Counted from the first letter of the stretch, positions 23,266 to 34,153 are shown. The stretch is 64,000 nt of DNA from Methanobacteriota archaeon (GCA_963787255.1 CAWBCJ010000029.1:1022936-1086935); one strand, 5' to 3'. Program-made: numbers and translations. Notes: a model not told the origin generated them from the letters alone.

Positions 23266-23582
23266 TTTTTATTCCTCCAAGTCCACTGTGGACTTATTGT
23301 ACGGATTCTAATTAGAATTTTGATAGGATATTGATAAATTAAAGGGAAAAATGTTAATTTAATTATATTTTTATTTTATATACGCTTATTACATTTTTTA
23401 AATTTTTTGGGGAATGTATTTTTACAAAGATCTCTATTTTTTACTAATCTCTATTATTATTTAAAAATTAATTCACAAATTATACATTAATTTTATTATT
23501 ATAGTTTTTAAGTTAATAAATTATGTCCAAATATTATATTATTATAAAATAATAATAATATAATAGGAAGGTGATTAATAAC

Positions 23583-24029
23583 ATGTTTAAAAAAATATTG
23601 TTACCAACTGACGGCTCTAAAAATGCAGAAAGAGCCGGAGCACAAGCAATAGAACTTGCTAATTTAAGTAATGCCGATATTGTTGTTTTGTATGTTGTAG
23701 AAACAAATTTAATAGAATCGCCCAGATTAGTAAATTACAGGGTTACTCTATTCGATGAATTAAGAGAAGAAGGAAAAAAAGTTGTTGAAGATTTTAAAGA
23801 AAGATTAGAAGAAAGCCAATGCAAGGGGGTTTGTAAAAATGCTAATCTTATCTCTATGGTTAAAGAAGGAAGACCCTATGACGTTATACTAGAAACCATA
23901 AATAAAGAAAATATTGACCTTACAGTTATGGGAGCTTCTGGTAGACACGGTTTGGATAGATTTTTACTAGGTAGCGTGACCGAAAGAGTAGTAAGAGAAT
24001 CAAAAAGTCCAGTTTTAGTAGTACCTTAA
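23583..24029 (+). CDS. Universal stress protein (UspA family)
   Basis: [37 protein letters not shown]. Confidence 0.95.
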   Translation: MFKKILLPTDGSKNAERAGAQAIELANLSNADIVVLYVVETNLIESPRLVNYRVTLFDELREEGKKVVEDFKERLEESQCKGVCKNANLISMVKEGRPYDVILETINKENIDLTVMGASGRHGLDRFLLGSVTERVVRESKSPVLVVP

Positions 24030-24593
24030 ACCATTAAATTATTGTATTAAAAAATTTTTTTTTATATCTTAAAAATAATAATAAGACATAGAAATGGCAT
24101 AAATGAAAAAATAGGAGACTAAAAACCAGGGATACTGTTAATGGTCATCCATCTAATACTATGTTTTAAAATATTATTTTTAAAACTGAATTTAAAAAAA
24201 AATAATCAAAATAATTAAATTATTTTTTTATTTAAATCATTTTAAATCAGTAGATACATTTGGATCATTGTTTGTAATCTGTTCTACAGTGTTTTTTATT
24301 TCTTGGTACGCATTTTGGGCATCCATATTTTGATTTTTTTTAACAAGTTTTTAATCTAGGCATATTATGGATTAGTAATACTTTATTTCGAATTTTAAAT
24401 CCTATAAAAGAGGTTCAATCATTTCTAAATAATAAAGTATTTAATTAAAGAAAAGATAATAAAAACACTTATAATTTGAGAATACATGATTGTGCCAATT
24501 GTAGAGCTATTATTTACTGTTTAAGTTGTAGGCATACGTTCAATTGGTTTTAGAATAGATGCCCATTAATTAAATGTTACAGGAGATAGAAGA

Positions 24594-26123
24594 ATGGACT
24601 TAGAGTTTCTAGAAGACAAAGAAATAATCGTAGCCTCGAACAGAGGACCCGTGTTATTTAAAAGAGATGCAAAAGGAGAAATCGAAGTAATAAAAGGTAA
24701 AGGGGGGATAGTCGGGTCGATGGTACCCTTCTTGGAAAAAACTCACGGTACATGGTTTTCTTCGGCGATCGGAGAGTGTGACGCGTATATGAATGATAAA
24801 CACGATTCTAAAGTACCCATACCATTAGAAGACCCTGAGTATTATGTCCGATTGATCAAAACAGAAGAGGATGTTTTTAATGATTTTAATGGCAAATTCG
24901 CCAATCCATTATTATGGTTTATTCATCATTCCATGTGGAATCCACCCTATTCACCATGTGCAGACGAGGAACTGCACCAAGCATGGGATTCATACCAATA
25001 TGTAAACTCTAAGTTTGCAGAAGCAATAGTTGATGCAGTATCTACATCAAATAAGACTCCGATTGTAATGTTACAGGATTATCATATCTATTTAACTCCT
25101 AAATTAATAAGACAGCAACATCCCGATGTTTTAATGAGCCAATTTGTCCATATACCATTCCCTCCACCAGAAATATTCCAGCAGCTGCCTAATCATATGC
25201 AAATCGATATATTAGACGGCATGCTCACAAATAATGTCTTAGGATTCCATATTCCACGTTATATGAACAATTTCTTACAAACAATTAAACAAATTCTACC
25301 AAACGCTTTCGTGGATGAAGTAGTTGGAGACATTGTATATAATGGACATCTCTGCCATGTAAGAACCTATCCTATCAGTATTGATAGAGAAACAATGCAG
25401 ACATACGCACAAAATCCAGAAGTGATTAGTAAAGAAGCAGAAGTCGATGCAATGATTGGAAACTGCAAGTTAATCTACAGAACAGACCGAGCAGACTTAT
25501 CTAAAAATATTATCAGAGGATTCCAGGCCTATGACATGTTCCTTGATAAATATCCGGAATGGAAGGAAAAAGTTAAGTTTGTAGCAACTTTAATGCCCTC
25601 AAGACAGGATATAAAGATTTACAGGGAATACACAGATAATATAAAGGATATAGTTAATAAAATCAACGAAAAACACGCTACACCAGACTGGGAACCAATC
25701 AAATACATCTGCAGGGGAGATTACGACCTGGTAGTTGCTCTTTTAAAAAGATACGACGTTTTAATGGTTAATCCTATATTGGATGGAATGAATATTGTAG
25801 CCAAAGAAGGGAGTGTCGTAAACGAAAATAATGGCGTATTAGTCCTTTCTACTGGAGCAGGATGTTACGAAGAACTAAAAGATGGCGCAATTTGTATAAA
25901 TCCTTTTGATCTAAGACAAACTGCAGAATCACTCGACACAGCTTTATTAATGGATGAAACAACCAAAGCTCAGATGATTAAAGAAGCAAGGGCAGCCGTT
26001 GAAAGAAATGATCTTAATAAATGGGTATCTGATCAATTAAAGGACATTGAAACCGTTATATACGAAAGATCAAAGCTTAAATTAAGTGAAAACTCTGAGG
26101 AAGCTCGATTTGAAATAAATTAA
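24594..26123 (+). CDS. otsA: GT20 glycosyltransferase, trehalose-6-phosphate synthase (OtsA)-like
   Basis: ASNRGP, KGGIV, WFIHH, QDYH, FVHIPFP, YPISID, DRADLSKN, DGMNIVAKE, LVLSTGAG, INPFD. Confidence 0.85.
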   Translation: MDLEFLEDKEIIVASNRGPVLFKRDAKGEIEVIKGKGGIVGSMVPFLEKTHGTWFSSAIGECDAYMNDKHDSKVPIPLEDPEYYVRLIKTEEDVFNDFNGKFANPLLWFIHHSMWNPPYSPCADEELHQAWDSYQYVNSKFAEAIVDAVSTSNKTPIVMLQDYHIYLTPKLIRQQHPDVLMSQFVHIPFPPPEIFQQLPNHMQIDILDGMLTNNVLGFHIPRYMNNFLQTIKQILPNAFVDEVVGDIVYNGHLCHVRTYPISIDRETMQTYAQNPEVISKEAEVDAMIGNCKLIYRTDRADLSKNIIRGFQAYDMFLDKYPEWKEKVKFVATLMPSRQDIKIYREYTDNIKDIVNKINEKHATPDWEPIKYICRGDYDLVVALLKRYDVLMVNPILDGMNIVAKEGSVVNENNGVLVLSTGAGCYEELKDGAICINPFDLRQTAESLDTALLMDETTKAQMIKEARAAVERNDLNKWVSDQLKDIETVIYERSKLKLSENSEEARFEIN

Positions 26124-26188
26124 ATATTTTTCTAAAAAATCCATACTAAATGATTTTTAATTCAATAAATTGAAAAGGATAGTGTTTA

Positions 26189-27340
26189 ATGTCGATTCAA
26201 CTTCATGATTCTTTAAAAAAAGCAGAAAAAGAGAAAACTTTGCCCGGGGTTATTGCCTACAACAGAATTGATGGTCCAGGCTCTAGTTTAGATTTAAGCG
26301 AATTTCAGCAGACATTCTGGAAATTACCAAATATACAGAATGAATATGATCCTAAAAGAAAATGGACAAGGGATCTTCCAAGAACCGTAGGTATAACCAT
26401 AGATACAGGAACTAAAATTGAGGCACACCCTTTTGATCCTGATCTTATAGGTGTAAGATCTGTTGAATACAAAACAGAAGTCAGCGCAGCTCCAGGCGAA
26501 GTAATTCCGATTAAAGAGAACTGGTTGCTTAAAATACTTGAAATATTTGATCTCTCTGGTGTTATGTTTGTTTTAAAGAACTTAAGGGAAGGTATACAAT
26601 CTTCAGGGCTTGGTGGATCATCAACTGCGGCAATTGGTGTGTGTATACTTGCAAATGAGTTAGCAGGACGGCCATTTAGTAAGGTTCAATTGATTTCTTT
26701 AGCTTCGCGTATTGAACAGGGTTTTGGGGTAAGTATCACTGGAACACAGGAACAATCCAATGTTATTTTTGGTGGAGTAACTGATTATGTCTGGTTTCCA
26801 TGGGGAATACCGGGATGTCAGGGTACCGGTTACGGTGAATCTTTACGATTTGAATTGATACCACCTGAAGATTATGAGCTTTTAGAAGGGAGAACGGCTA
26901 TTTTTCATTCTGGACATCCCCGCCTAAGCTCTGAAGTTAATGTAACATGGAGAAATGCTCTTTTAAATGAAGTGGGATATAACTTACATTCTAAAAAAAT
27001 GAAGGTAGCTTATGAGTTTCGTGAGGGATTAAGGCTTCAAAAGTGGGAGCACGTTCTTGAATCAATAGAAGAATACCGTAAAATACGAACAAAATTATGT
27101 GAAGGTTATATGGAAAGTTCCAGGGATTTGTTGGAACGTGCTAAAAGCTGTAACTGTACAGTTTTCCCTCTAGGTGCCGGTGGAGGGGGTGGAGTCCTAT
27201 TATTTTCTCCAGAACCAGAATCTTTAATGAAATTGCGCGAGGATCTTCAAGGTATTTATCGTGAAATCCCCTTTAAAATACGATCTAAGGGTCATGAAAT
27301 TAATAATGTAAATTTGGGACAGACACAGGACTCCGGCTAA
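26189..27340 (+). CDS. GHMP kinase family sugar kinase (HddA/heptose-kinase-like)
   Basis: NRIDGPG, SSGLGGSS ATP loop, IE...G..G.Q.Q...FGG, LGAGGGG. Confidence 0.8.
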   Translation: MSIQLHDSLKKAEKEKTLPGVIAYNRIDGPGSSLDLSEFQQTFWKLPNIQNEYDPKRKWTRDLPRTVGITIDTGTKIEAHPFDPDLIGVRSVEYKTEVSAAPGEVIPIKENWLLKILEIFDLSGVMFVLKNLREGIQSSGLGGSSTAAIGVCILANELAGRPFSKVQLISLASRIEQGFGVSITGTQEQSNVIFGGVTDYVWFPWGIPGCQGTGYGESLRFELIPPEDYELLEGRTAIFHSGHPRLSSEVNVTWRNALLNEVGYNLHSKKMKVAYEFREGLRLQKWEHVLESIEEYRKIRTKLCEGYMESSRDLLERAKSCNCTVFPLGAGGGGGVLLFSPEPESLMKLREDLQGIYREIPFKIRSKGHEINNVNLGQTQDSG

Positions 27341-27441
27341 GGCAAAATATTAAAATTATTTGCCATTAGCTTTCGAAAAAATGTTTATACTGTATCTTAA
27401 ATTGTCCCCTCTTAAATTATTTAAGCGAATATATTTTGGTA

Positions 27442-27609
27442 TTAGGTTTGGTGTGTTGTACTTTTAAAGTATCCATTGCGGATCATGTAGCCTATGATTG
27501 TGATTGCTATTAAAAAGCCTATTATGCTTCCTATGTTTCCGAGTAATGAGAATAGTGTACCCATTATTACTAATAATATTCCTATACCTATAATTTGTAA
27601 ATTTACCAT
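27442..27609 (-). CDS. Small 55-aa membrane protein (not in ORF track), downstream of padR
   Basis: RBS GGAGTTGA; MVNLQIIGIGILLVIMGTLFSLLGNIGSIIGFLIAITIIGYMIRNGYFKSTTHQT*. Confidence 0.7.
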   Translation of the reverse strand: MVNLQIIGIGILLVIMGTLFSLLGNIGSIIGFLIAITIIGYMIRNGYFKSTTHQT

Positions 27610-27630
27610 TTTTTTTCAACTCCATTTTTT

Positions 27631-28143
27631 TTATTCTATGTTCATTAATTTTTCATAAAACTCAATTGTATTTTCTAAATCTTTGATGCCATATTCAAGA
27701 ACGGTAAGTGAGATGGGTGGCATATCATGGCCATATTTTTCCTTTTTTTCTAGTGCTTCTTGGTGCATCTCTAATTTGGCTTCATATAATGGTTTAACTA
27801 CTTTTATGCGGCTTTCTTGGGGTATAAGGTCAAAAAACGCGGCCTGTACCTTGAAGTCGAAGGCGTCAATTTCTGGCTTTGCTGGGGTGGCTACTAGTTC
27901 AAGTAAGTGTTTTTTTCCCTTTTCAGTAATGTGATATACTTTTTTATTCATTTTTTCAGTTGGTATTTCTTTTCCGATGATGAAGCCGTTTTTTTCCATT
28001 TTTGTCAGTGTAGAATATAGTACGTTGTTGTTTAACTTGAAATATGGATTTCCGAAGAAGTACTTTACATTTTTTTTAAGTAGGTATCCATGGCTTGGAT
28101 TGAAGTAGATCATACCTAAAATGATGAGGTCTGAATTTACCAT
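27631..28143 (-). CDS. PadR family transcriptional regulator
   Basis: IILGMI..PSHGYLL..LYSTLTKMEKNGFI..KKVYHITEKGK plus helical C-domain. Confidence 0.92.
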   Translation of the reverse strand: MVNSDLIILGMIYFNPSHGYLLKKNVKYFFGNPYFKLNNNVLYSTLTKMEKNGFIIGKEIPTEKMNKKVYHITEKGKKHLLELVATPAKPEIDAFDFKVQAAFFDLIPQESRIKVVKPLYEAKLEMHQEALEKKEKYGHDMPPISLTVLEYGIKDLENTIEFYEKLMNIE

Positions 28144-28184
28144 TTTTTTTATCACCTATTTTTTGAGATCTTTTATGAATTCTA

Positions 28185-28232
28185 ATGTTACTTTTAACAT
28201 ATGATATTTTTAACATATGTTACTTTTAACAT
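28185..28232. promoter_or_regulatory. Three tandem 16-bp PadR-type operators
   Basis: ATGTTACTTTTAACAT / ATGATATTTTTAACAT / ATGTTACTTTTAACAT, lying between the minus-strand TATA (CTATAAATA, 28245-28253) and the padR start. Confidence 0.8.
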
Positions 28233-28728
28233 AGTTTTTTCTAGTATTTATAGTTTTCGTTCTAAAATTCCCCAAGATAGTCATTAACTATAAGATAGGA
28301 TTCAATAAAAAAAACTCGAAATAGGATATATTGATCAAAAAAAACACGCTTAAATCAAAAACAGTACTAAGCAGTGAACAATTGCTACCATAATAACCCT
28401 ACCCATGTCAGCAATCATAGACTAAGCCAATATCAATATGTATAATGGATAACAGAAAGATTAGAGTTATCATATTCATTTTGGTACTATAGTTCATTTT
28501 ACTTTTAATTTCCTTCTCAAATCATTTTAGTAAAATTAAAGAACTTGTTATGCACCTAATTTTTATATTAATAGTTTATTGTAGATTTTTTAGTGTAAAT
28601 AAGCTGTTTGGATGGATTTGTATATAATTTGGGAGAAAACTATTTTTATGTGTGTTACAGATTATGATGTAATGATTTTTTTTAAATTATTATTAAATTA
28701 AAAATATAGTGGAAAGGTGATTATTTAC

Positions 28729-28977
28729 ATGTTAAGTTTATCAACAACTTTATGGGCTTTTGGAGTAGGAAAAGCTGGCGGATTAGGATCATTCGGTAAG
28801 ATGGGTGGTTTAGGAGGTATAGGGAACACAGGAATTCTTGGAAAGCTTGGAATAATAATGCTCCTTGGAAGATTGGGATTACATGGAATTTGGGCTACTG
28901 GCGCATTTTTTGTTATCATACTCCTTGTATTGTCTGGAATATTTTATATGGTGTATAGATACAGGATAAGGGGATAA
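28729..28977 (+). CDS. Small Gly-rich membrane protein
   Basis: RBS AGGTGA; GxxG-periodic segment followed by a TM helix and basic tail. Confidence 0.7.
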   Translation: MLSLSTTLWAFGVGKAGGLGSFGKMGGLGGIGNTGILGKLGIIMLLGRLGLHGIWATGAFFVIILLVLSGIFYMVYRYRIRG

Positions 28978-29106
28978 TAACATGGTTTAATCTTATAAAT
29001 TTAATTTTTATCGTCCCTAATTATATGATCAGTTTAAGCTGCCCTAAACATATGGAATAAATTAAAAAGGAGTCTAAGCATCAAAAAAGAAAAATCTGAA
29101 CAAGAA

Positions 29107-29511
29107 ATGTTTTACGAGCTTACTTATTACACTGGTACTCATCCTGATCCTTCATTTATGCATCAATATGCGGTCGATGCATTCGCGGCCCAATGTGCCG
29201 ATAAAAACACTAAACCTATTACTCTGGCATTCGCTCTTATTGGTCTTTATTTGCATATAGAAAAGAACTTTTCAGGAAAAGAAGTGCAAAAGGCACATAT
29301 GAAATTAGGAAAACATCGAAAACAGTGGCCAAAATTCAATTTACCAAAATACAGAGGCAATATCACGATTTCATATGTACTTGCTACTCCACCAGGTTCT
29401 AAACGGGATGAAGCAATTATTAAATGGTGTGCTTCTGTTTGGGAAGCATATAATAAATGTCATGAAAAAGTTGCGGATTTAGTGCAGACCGAGTTATGGG
29501 AGAAAAAATAG
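29107..29511 (+). CDS. DUF5946-like hypothetical protein
   Basis: FMHQYAVDAFAAQ..ALIGLYL..WCASVWEAY pattern; may start at ATC 29080. Confidence 0.7.
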   Translation: MFYELTYYTGTHPDPSFMHQYAVDAFAAQCADKNTKPITLAFALIGLYLHIEKNFSGKEVQKAHMKLGKHRKQWPKFNLPKYRGNITISYVLATPPGSKRDEAIIKWCASVWEAYNKCHEKVADLVQTELWEKK

Positions 29512-29691
29512 ATTAAAATACTTATATTCTTCTAATAAGAACTTTTAAACTTATTATTTTAATCTACAAGTTGTATTTAAGTTTCATTCATTTTTTCCTT
29601 TTTAAATGTCCCTAGTTGTTCTATTATTTAACGAAAATATTACATAATATTAAGACCATAATAATAGTATAAAAAAAGGAGTTGTTATACT

Positions 29692-29898
29692 ATGCCAGAT
29701 TTAGGACCATTAGGACGAGGGGGAGCTCGAAGAAGAACAAGAAGAAGGATGGGTGCAATGAATGAGATGACTAAGTCAGAAGAACCATCCGGAGAAACTG
29801 AAAAGCCCCTTAACACGGATAAATTGGAAAAATTAGCCAGGCTTCTAAAAGATAAAGGAGTTATCACCGAAGAAGAATTTAACCTTTTATTTGATTAA
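29692..29898 (+). CDS. SHOCT-domain small protein with Arg-rich N-terminus
   Basis: GARRRTRRR; KLEKLARLLKDKGVITEEEF; RBS AGGAG. Confidence 0.75.
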   Translation: MPDLGPLGRGGARRRTRRRMGAMNEMTKSEEPSGETEKPLNTDKLEKLARLLKDKGVITEEEFNLLFD

Positions 29899-30164
29899 AC
29901 ATTTTTAGATCCTTGAAAGATTATTATTTTTATAATTTTTATTTTTTGTTGCAATTAGCTACCGGGATAGGGTTAACGAGTTTGTAAAAGCAGATAAAAA
30001 TAGAAGCCCTAAATTACATTAAACAATTTCCAAATATAATCATGTATTAATATATATTATTAAAAACAAAATATTATTATATTGCGGTAGAGCCATGCTT
30101 AATGTAATCTTATGGCAATCTACTGTAGCCGAATGAAGGCATGCAAACGGAGGATTTTATCTAT

Positions 30165-31430
30165 ATGTCTGAGGATTTTAACTTAAGATCAAGAGACTAT
30201 TGGAAGCGTATGGCATGGGGCCTGTTTTTAGGGTTGATAAGTGCAATAGGGGCATTTATATTCATCATCATCATGAACATGGGACAAAACCTGGTCTTTT
30301 CTAACATAACAGATAATTGGATACCATTTTCTGGTCCATGGTGGATAGTTGGCGTTATGACAGTGGCTGGTTTAATAGTAGGTATAATCCATCGATATAC
30401 CTCTGCCCAAGAAATGAATGCATTTGAAGCCATAGACAAAGGATATTTAGATCCCAAGCCTGTGCCGTCTTCACTTCTGGCATCACTTGTATCTCTAATT
30501 GGTGGGTTCAGTCTTGGTCCTGAAGTGCCCACCGGTTTTTTGGCAGCAGGTCTGGGAAGTTGGGTCTCTAAGCGACTCAAAATGGATTCTAAAACAACCA
30601 GAAGCAATGTTATGAGCAGTGTTTCCGGTGCATATTCCGGTCTTTTCTCTTCGCCGTTTGCAATGTTGCTGATACTGTTGGAATCAACCCACTTCCAGTC
30701 TATAGCTTACTATGGAACTTTGTTGATCGCTGGACTTGCAGCAGTGGTTGGGTTTGGTCTCTTTTATACACTTGATGGATTGAATTTCTCGTCGCTACTG
30801 GGAATTTTATCACCACCGGCCTACGATTTGAAGATTTGGCATCTGGTAGTGAGTGTTGCATTTGGTATTCTGGCTGTTCCATTTGCTTTAATATTTGTGA
30901 TTTTGACCAGGATTCTCAATCGTTTAGTTGAGCCGTTAAACAGTAAACCAATCATACGCAGTACTTTGGGAGGATTGCTGTTAGGCTTGTTGGCCGTTGT
31001 AATACCCTCAACGATTGGTTTAGGCACTACTGAAATGTCTATAGTTACTCAGCAGGCTGCAGAAATCGGAGTCTTGCTTCTTGTTGTGTTTGCTTTGGCT
31101 AAACTGTTGGCCTTAAGTGGAGCATTGTCATTCGGTTTTATCGGTGGTCCTATCTTCCCGCTTCTATTTGTAGGTTCAACTCTGGGGGCTGCTATCAATC
31201 TAATTTTCCCCCAAGTGCCACTGGGTTTGGCCTTGGGCTGCATGATAGTGGCAGTGCCCGCGGCCATTGTACCCATTCCAATTGCACTGGGGGCAATAGG
31301 CATTATTATTATTGGCTTATCGCCTGCTAATACCATCCCTGTCTTTATATCAGCATTGGTAGCGTTTTCTATAACTCATGGGCTGATTATGGGTGGAGAT
31401 CAAAAGAAGACATCAGAAGAAAAAGTTTGA
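30165..31430 (+). CDS. ClC family chloride channel/transporter
   Basis: GGFSLGPEVP, GLFSSPF..LE, GFIGGPIFP..FVG motifs; RBS GGAGG before ATG 30165. Confidence 0.88.
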   Translation: MSEDFNLRSRDYWKRMAWGLFLGLISAIGAFIFIIIMNMGQNLVFSNITDNWIPFSGPWWIVGVMTVAGLIVGIIHRYTSAQEMNAFEAIDKGYLDPKPVPSSLLASLVSLIGGFSLGPEVPTGFLAAGLGSWVSKRLKMDSKTTRSNVMSSVSGAYSGLFSSPFAMLLILLESTHFQSIAYYGTLLIAGLAAVVGFGLFYTLDGLNFSSLLGILSPPAYDLKIWHLVVSVAFGILAVPFALIFVILTRILNRLVEPLNSKPIIRSTLGGLLLGLLAVVIPSTIGLGTTEMSIVTQQAAEIGVLLLVVFALAKLLALSGALSFGFIGGPIFPLLFVGSTLGAAINLIFPQVPLGLALGCMIVAVPAAIVPIPIALGAIGIIIIGLSPANTIPVFISALVAFSITHGLIMGGDQKKTSEEKV

Positions 31431-31532
31431 ACAATTCTTTTTTATGAAAAAAAGTCGATAATTTAAATTAAAAAAAATTGAAATTCGATTCTTAATTTTT
31501 CATAATTATTTATTTTTAAACCTATTAATGAA

Positions 31533-31715
31533 TTATTCTTTCTTCTTAAACCGGTCCCGGGCCCTGACAAGTCCAAGAATTATAAAACCAATAATAATTG
31601 CAATAATAATTCCATAAATTACTCCAACTCCTACAACAAGTATTGCATTGACCACTGTATTTATAAAATTACTTATTGCATCAATTATTGAAGATATTAT
31701 GTCTAAAGGTATCAT
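31533..31715 (-). CDS. Small membrane protein
   Basis: 60-aa ORF with hydrophobic core and basic tail. Confidence 0.6.
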   Translation of the reverse strand: MIPLDIISSIIDAISNFINTVVNAILVVGVGVIYGIIIAIIIGFIILGLVRARDRFKKKE

Positions 31716-31935
31716 AGTTAATAATATTCTAATTCCAATTTAATAAACTCTTTTATATAATTCATATTTGACAAATATCTTAAATATGGATAAAATGGCT
31801 CAAAATTCCCTTAAAATATTGTCTAAATGGTATGAGATAGAAAATATATGAGTTAATTTATATTTTTTACGCATTAATGACTTATTTTGTGGTTTGAAAC
31901 TTATATTAATGCTATTTTTGTCTATTTTAGATGAA

Positions 31936-32331
31936 CTATTCATTTTCATCAATTATCTTTTGAACCAGGGCGGAATCAACATAGGCATGCACTTTAACTA
32001 TTAATTTATTTTCAAATTCAACAATCCAGCAGTAGGTATTATTAAAAGGCTTTCCATTTAAGGCTGTGGAAAGTGATTCCATTTCAATAACTGCAGTATT
32101 GCCTTGAACAATAATGTTATTTATTTTTAAAACCACTCTTTCTTTTAATATTTTATTTAACCGCTCAAAAGTGTGTGATATGAAGTCTTCTTTGCTTTTG
32201 TAGGTTCCTGCAAGTGGATGTGTTCCCATTACTGTCCAATTAACGTTATCTGCTACATGTTCAAAGAATTGGCTGTTATCTGTTTTAAGATAATTAAATA
32301 GTTTTTCTACTTGATTCAATGTTATTGGCAT
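31936..32331 (-). CDS. SnoaL-like/NTF2 family protein
   Basis: ADNVNWTVMGTHPLAGTY..GKPFNNTYCW..AYVDS. Confidence 0.88.
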   Translation of the reverse strand: MPITLNQVEKLFNYLKTDNSQFFEHVADNVNWTVMGTHPLAGTYKSKEDFISHTFERLNKILKERVVLKINNIIVQGNTAVIEMESLSTALNGKPFNNTYCWIVEFENKLIVKVHAYVDSALVQKIIDENE

Positions 32332-32507
32332 GATTTTATCCCCCGTTAATATAAATCTTTGATTATTTTTTATGTGTTAGATATTAACCTTTTTTTGTAA
32401 GGGGTTTGCTTTTTTTAGCCATTTTTTTTATTACAATTATTTGGTTAAATATAATACTCAAAAAGTATATAGTATTACGTGGATTTAAACTAATTGAGGT
32501 GAATTAA

Positions 32508-32792
32508 ATGCATTACGTGCTTGTAATAAATAAAATTGAGGATTATGATAAATGGAGGCCTGTTTTCGATGAAAATATGACCAATCGAAAGGATAATGGC
32601 TCTAAAGAGGCACATGTCTTCCGCAGCTCAGATAATCCTAACGAAATTGTGATTTTATATAAATGGGATAACCTGGATAATGCTCGAAAATTTTTTGAAT
32701 CCTCTGACTTTAAAACTAAAATAAAAAGTGCGGGATTAATGGGCAAACCTGATATCCATTTCATTGAAGGAATAGGAAAAACTTCAGCTTAA
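32508..32792 (+). CDS. Dimeric alpha-beta barrel (ABM/cyclase-like) protein
   Basis: [45 protein letters not shown]. Confidence 0.75.
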   Translation: MHYVLVINKIEDYDKWRPVFDENMTNRKDNGSKEAHVFRSSDNPNEIVILYKWDNLDNARKFFESSDFKTKIKSAGLMGKPDIHFIEGIGKTSA

Positions 32793-33980
32793 AAAAACCG
32801 GAATCAAACCTTTACTATTTCCAGTAATGCATTCTCCACCATTACGACTCACAATAAACGTATTTTCAATTCCAACCATTCCAATATCTTTAATTCCTTT
32901 TTTAGGTTCCACTGCAAACACCATTCCTTCCTGCAATGGCATATTAAACCCTTCTGCAATTACAGGTAATTCATCAATCAACAGCCCTATTCCATGCCCT
33001 AAAAACTTCACTTTACGCTTTCCAAAACCCATGAAGTTTCGAAGAAACTCTTCATCTAGATTATTCATCACCACATTATAAATCTCTGAAGGGATAGCGC
33101 CAGGTTTAAGCATGGATGCAATTTCATTTTGGATTTCTACACATTTATTATGAGCATCTATTGCATATTGCGGGAGCGAACGCCCGAACATGTATGTCAT
33201 AGTCTTATCGGTATTATATCCATCTACTCCACATCCAATATCAATAAATACCAGATCTCCTTTTTTCAGTTTCCGGTCACGGCTTCCAAAGACTGGTACT
33301 GCAGGACTTAAACCATAATTTCCACTTGCACCGTCAAAATAAGTTGGATAAATTGAACTTTCACCAAAACCAACATGTCCTACTACTATTTCTGTATCAA
33401 ACATTCCAAAACGGGTTACTCCATGGTGCCCTTCCTCTATCAAAATTGAAAACAATTCTGCTGCTAGAGTTGCTTCACTCATTCCTTCACGCAGTATTTC
33501 AGGTGCAATGTCTTCTAATACATGCTGATGAATTTTACCAGATTTTCTAAGTAATGAAAGCTCATATTCACTTTTAACAGCCCTTACTGCAGCAATGTGA
33601 ATATCAACAGGCTTAATATTCTTAAATGGGAAATGCTTTTGAAATCTTTGATATAAAGCCAGCGGAACTACTTCAGTTTCAAGATATACGGTATCTGGAA
33701 TCTCATTCATATTCTTTGCAGCATCACGGAAACTGTTCATTGGTTTTATGTTTCCAAATAGAGATTCATCCAAGGCCCTTTCATAGCTTCGTCTAACCCA
33801 AAATGTTGCATCATCATCCCTGGGAATGATTAACATCCCATCCTGCATGGTCCCTGTAAAGTAATAAAGATTAATATTGCTAAAAATAACTGTTATCTTC
33901 CATTCAGGATCTGAAATATCCATTTGAGTTTTAAAACGTTTTATCCGGTTTTCTAGTTCTCTTGAGGGTACTTTATTCAT
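32784..33980 (-). CDS. M24 family Xaa-Pro aminopeptidase-like protein
   Basis: Creatinase N-domain; [34 protein letters not shown]. Confidence 0.9.
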   Translation of the reverse strand: MNKVPSRELENRIKRFKTQMDISDPEWKITVIFSNINLYYFTGTMQDGMLIIPRDDDATFWVRRSYERALDESLFGNIKPMNSFRDAAKNMNEIPDTVYLETEVVPLALYQRFQKHFPFKNIKPVDIHIAAVRAVKSEYELSLLRKSGKIHQHVLEDIAPEILREGMSEATLAAELFSILIEEGHHGVTRFGMFDTEIVVGHVGFGESSIYPTYFDGASGNYGLSPAVPVFGSRDRKLKKGDLVFIDIGCGVDGYNTDKTMTYMFGRSLPQYAIDAHNKCVEIQNEIASMLKPGAIPSEIYNVVMNNLDEEFLRNFMGFGKRKVKFLGHGIGLLIDELPVIAEGFNMPLQEGMVFAVEPKKGIKDIGMVGIENTFIVSRNGGECITGNSKGLIPVFLS

Positions 33981-34137
33981 TATCAGTACTTCCTTTTAAT
34001 TTGAATTGCAATTGAATATAATTTTTATTTCTTTAACTATTAAAGCTTGTAATTAGAGTATTTCAAAAATAAGAATTATTTTTTTCAATTTACATTTTCC
34101 ATTAATAATGGATATTTAATATTAAACCATAATATAA

Positions 34138-34153
34138 TGTGAATATTTTCACA
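34138..34153. promoter_or_regulatory. TGTGA-N6-TCACA palindrome
   Basis: TGTGA-ATATTT-TCACA, about 115 nt upstream of ATG 34268; a weaker TGTGA-N6-ATACA at 34178. Confidence 0.6.

Noticed and set aside
28340-28500. Possible degraded membrane-protein gene on the minus strand
   Set aside because: Only short hydrophobic fragments in different frames; no recognisable family.
30083-30140. Fluoride riboswitch with CLC-F exporter
   Set aside because: Neither the riboswitch consensus nor CLC-F protein motifs are present.
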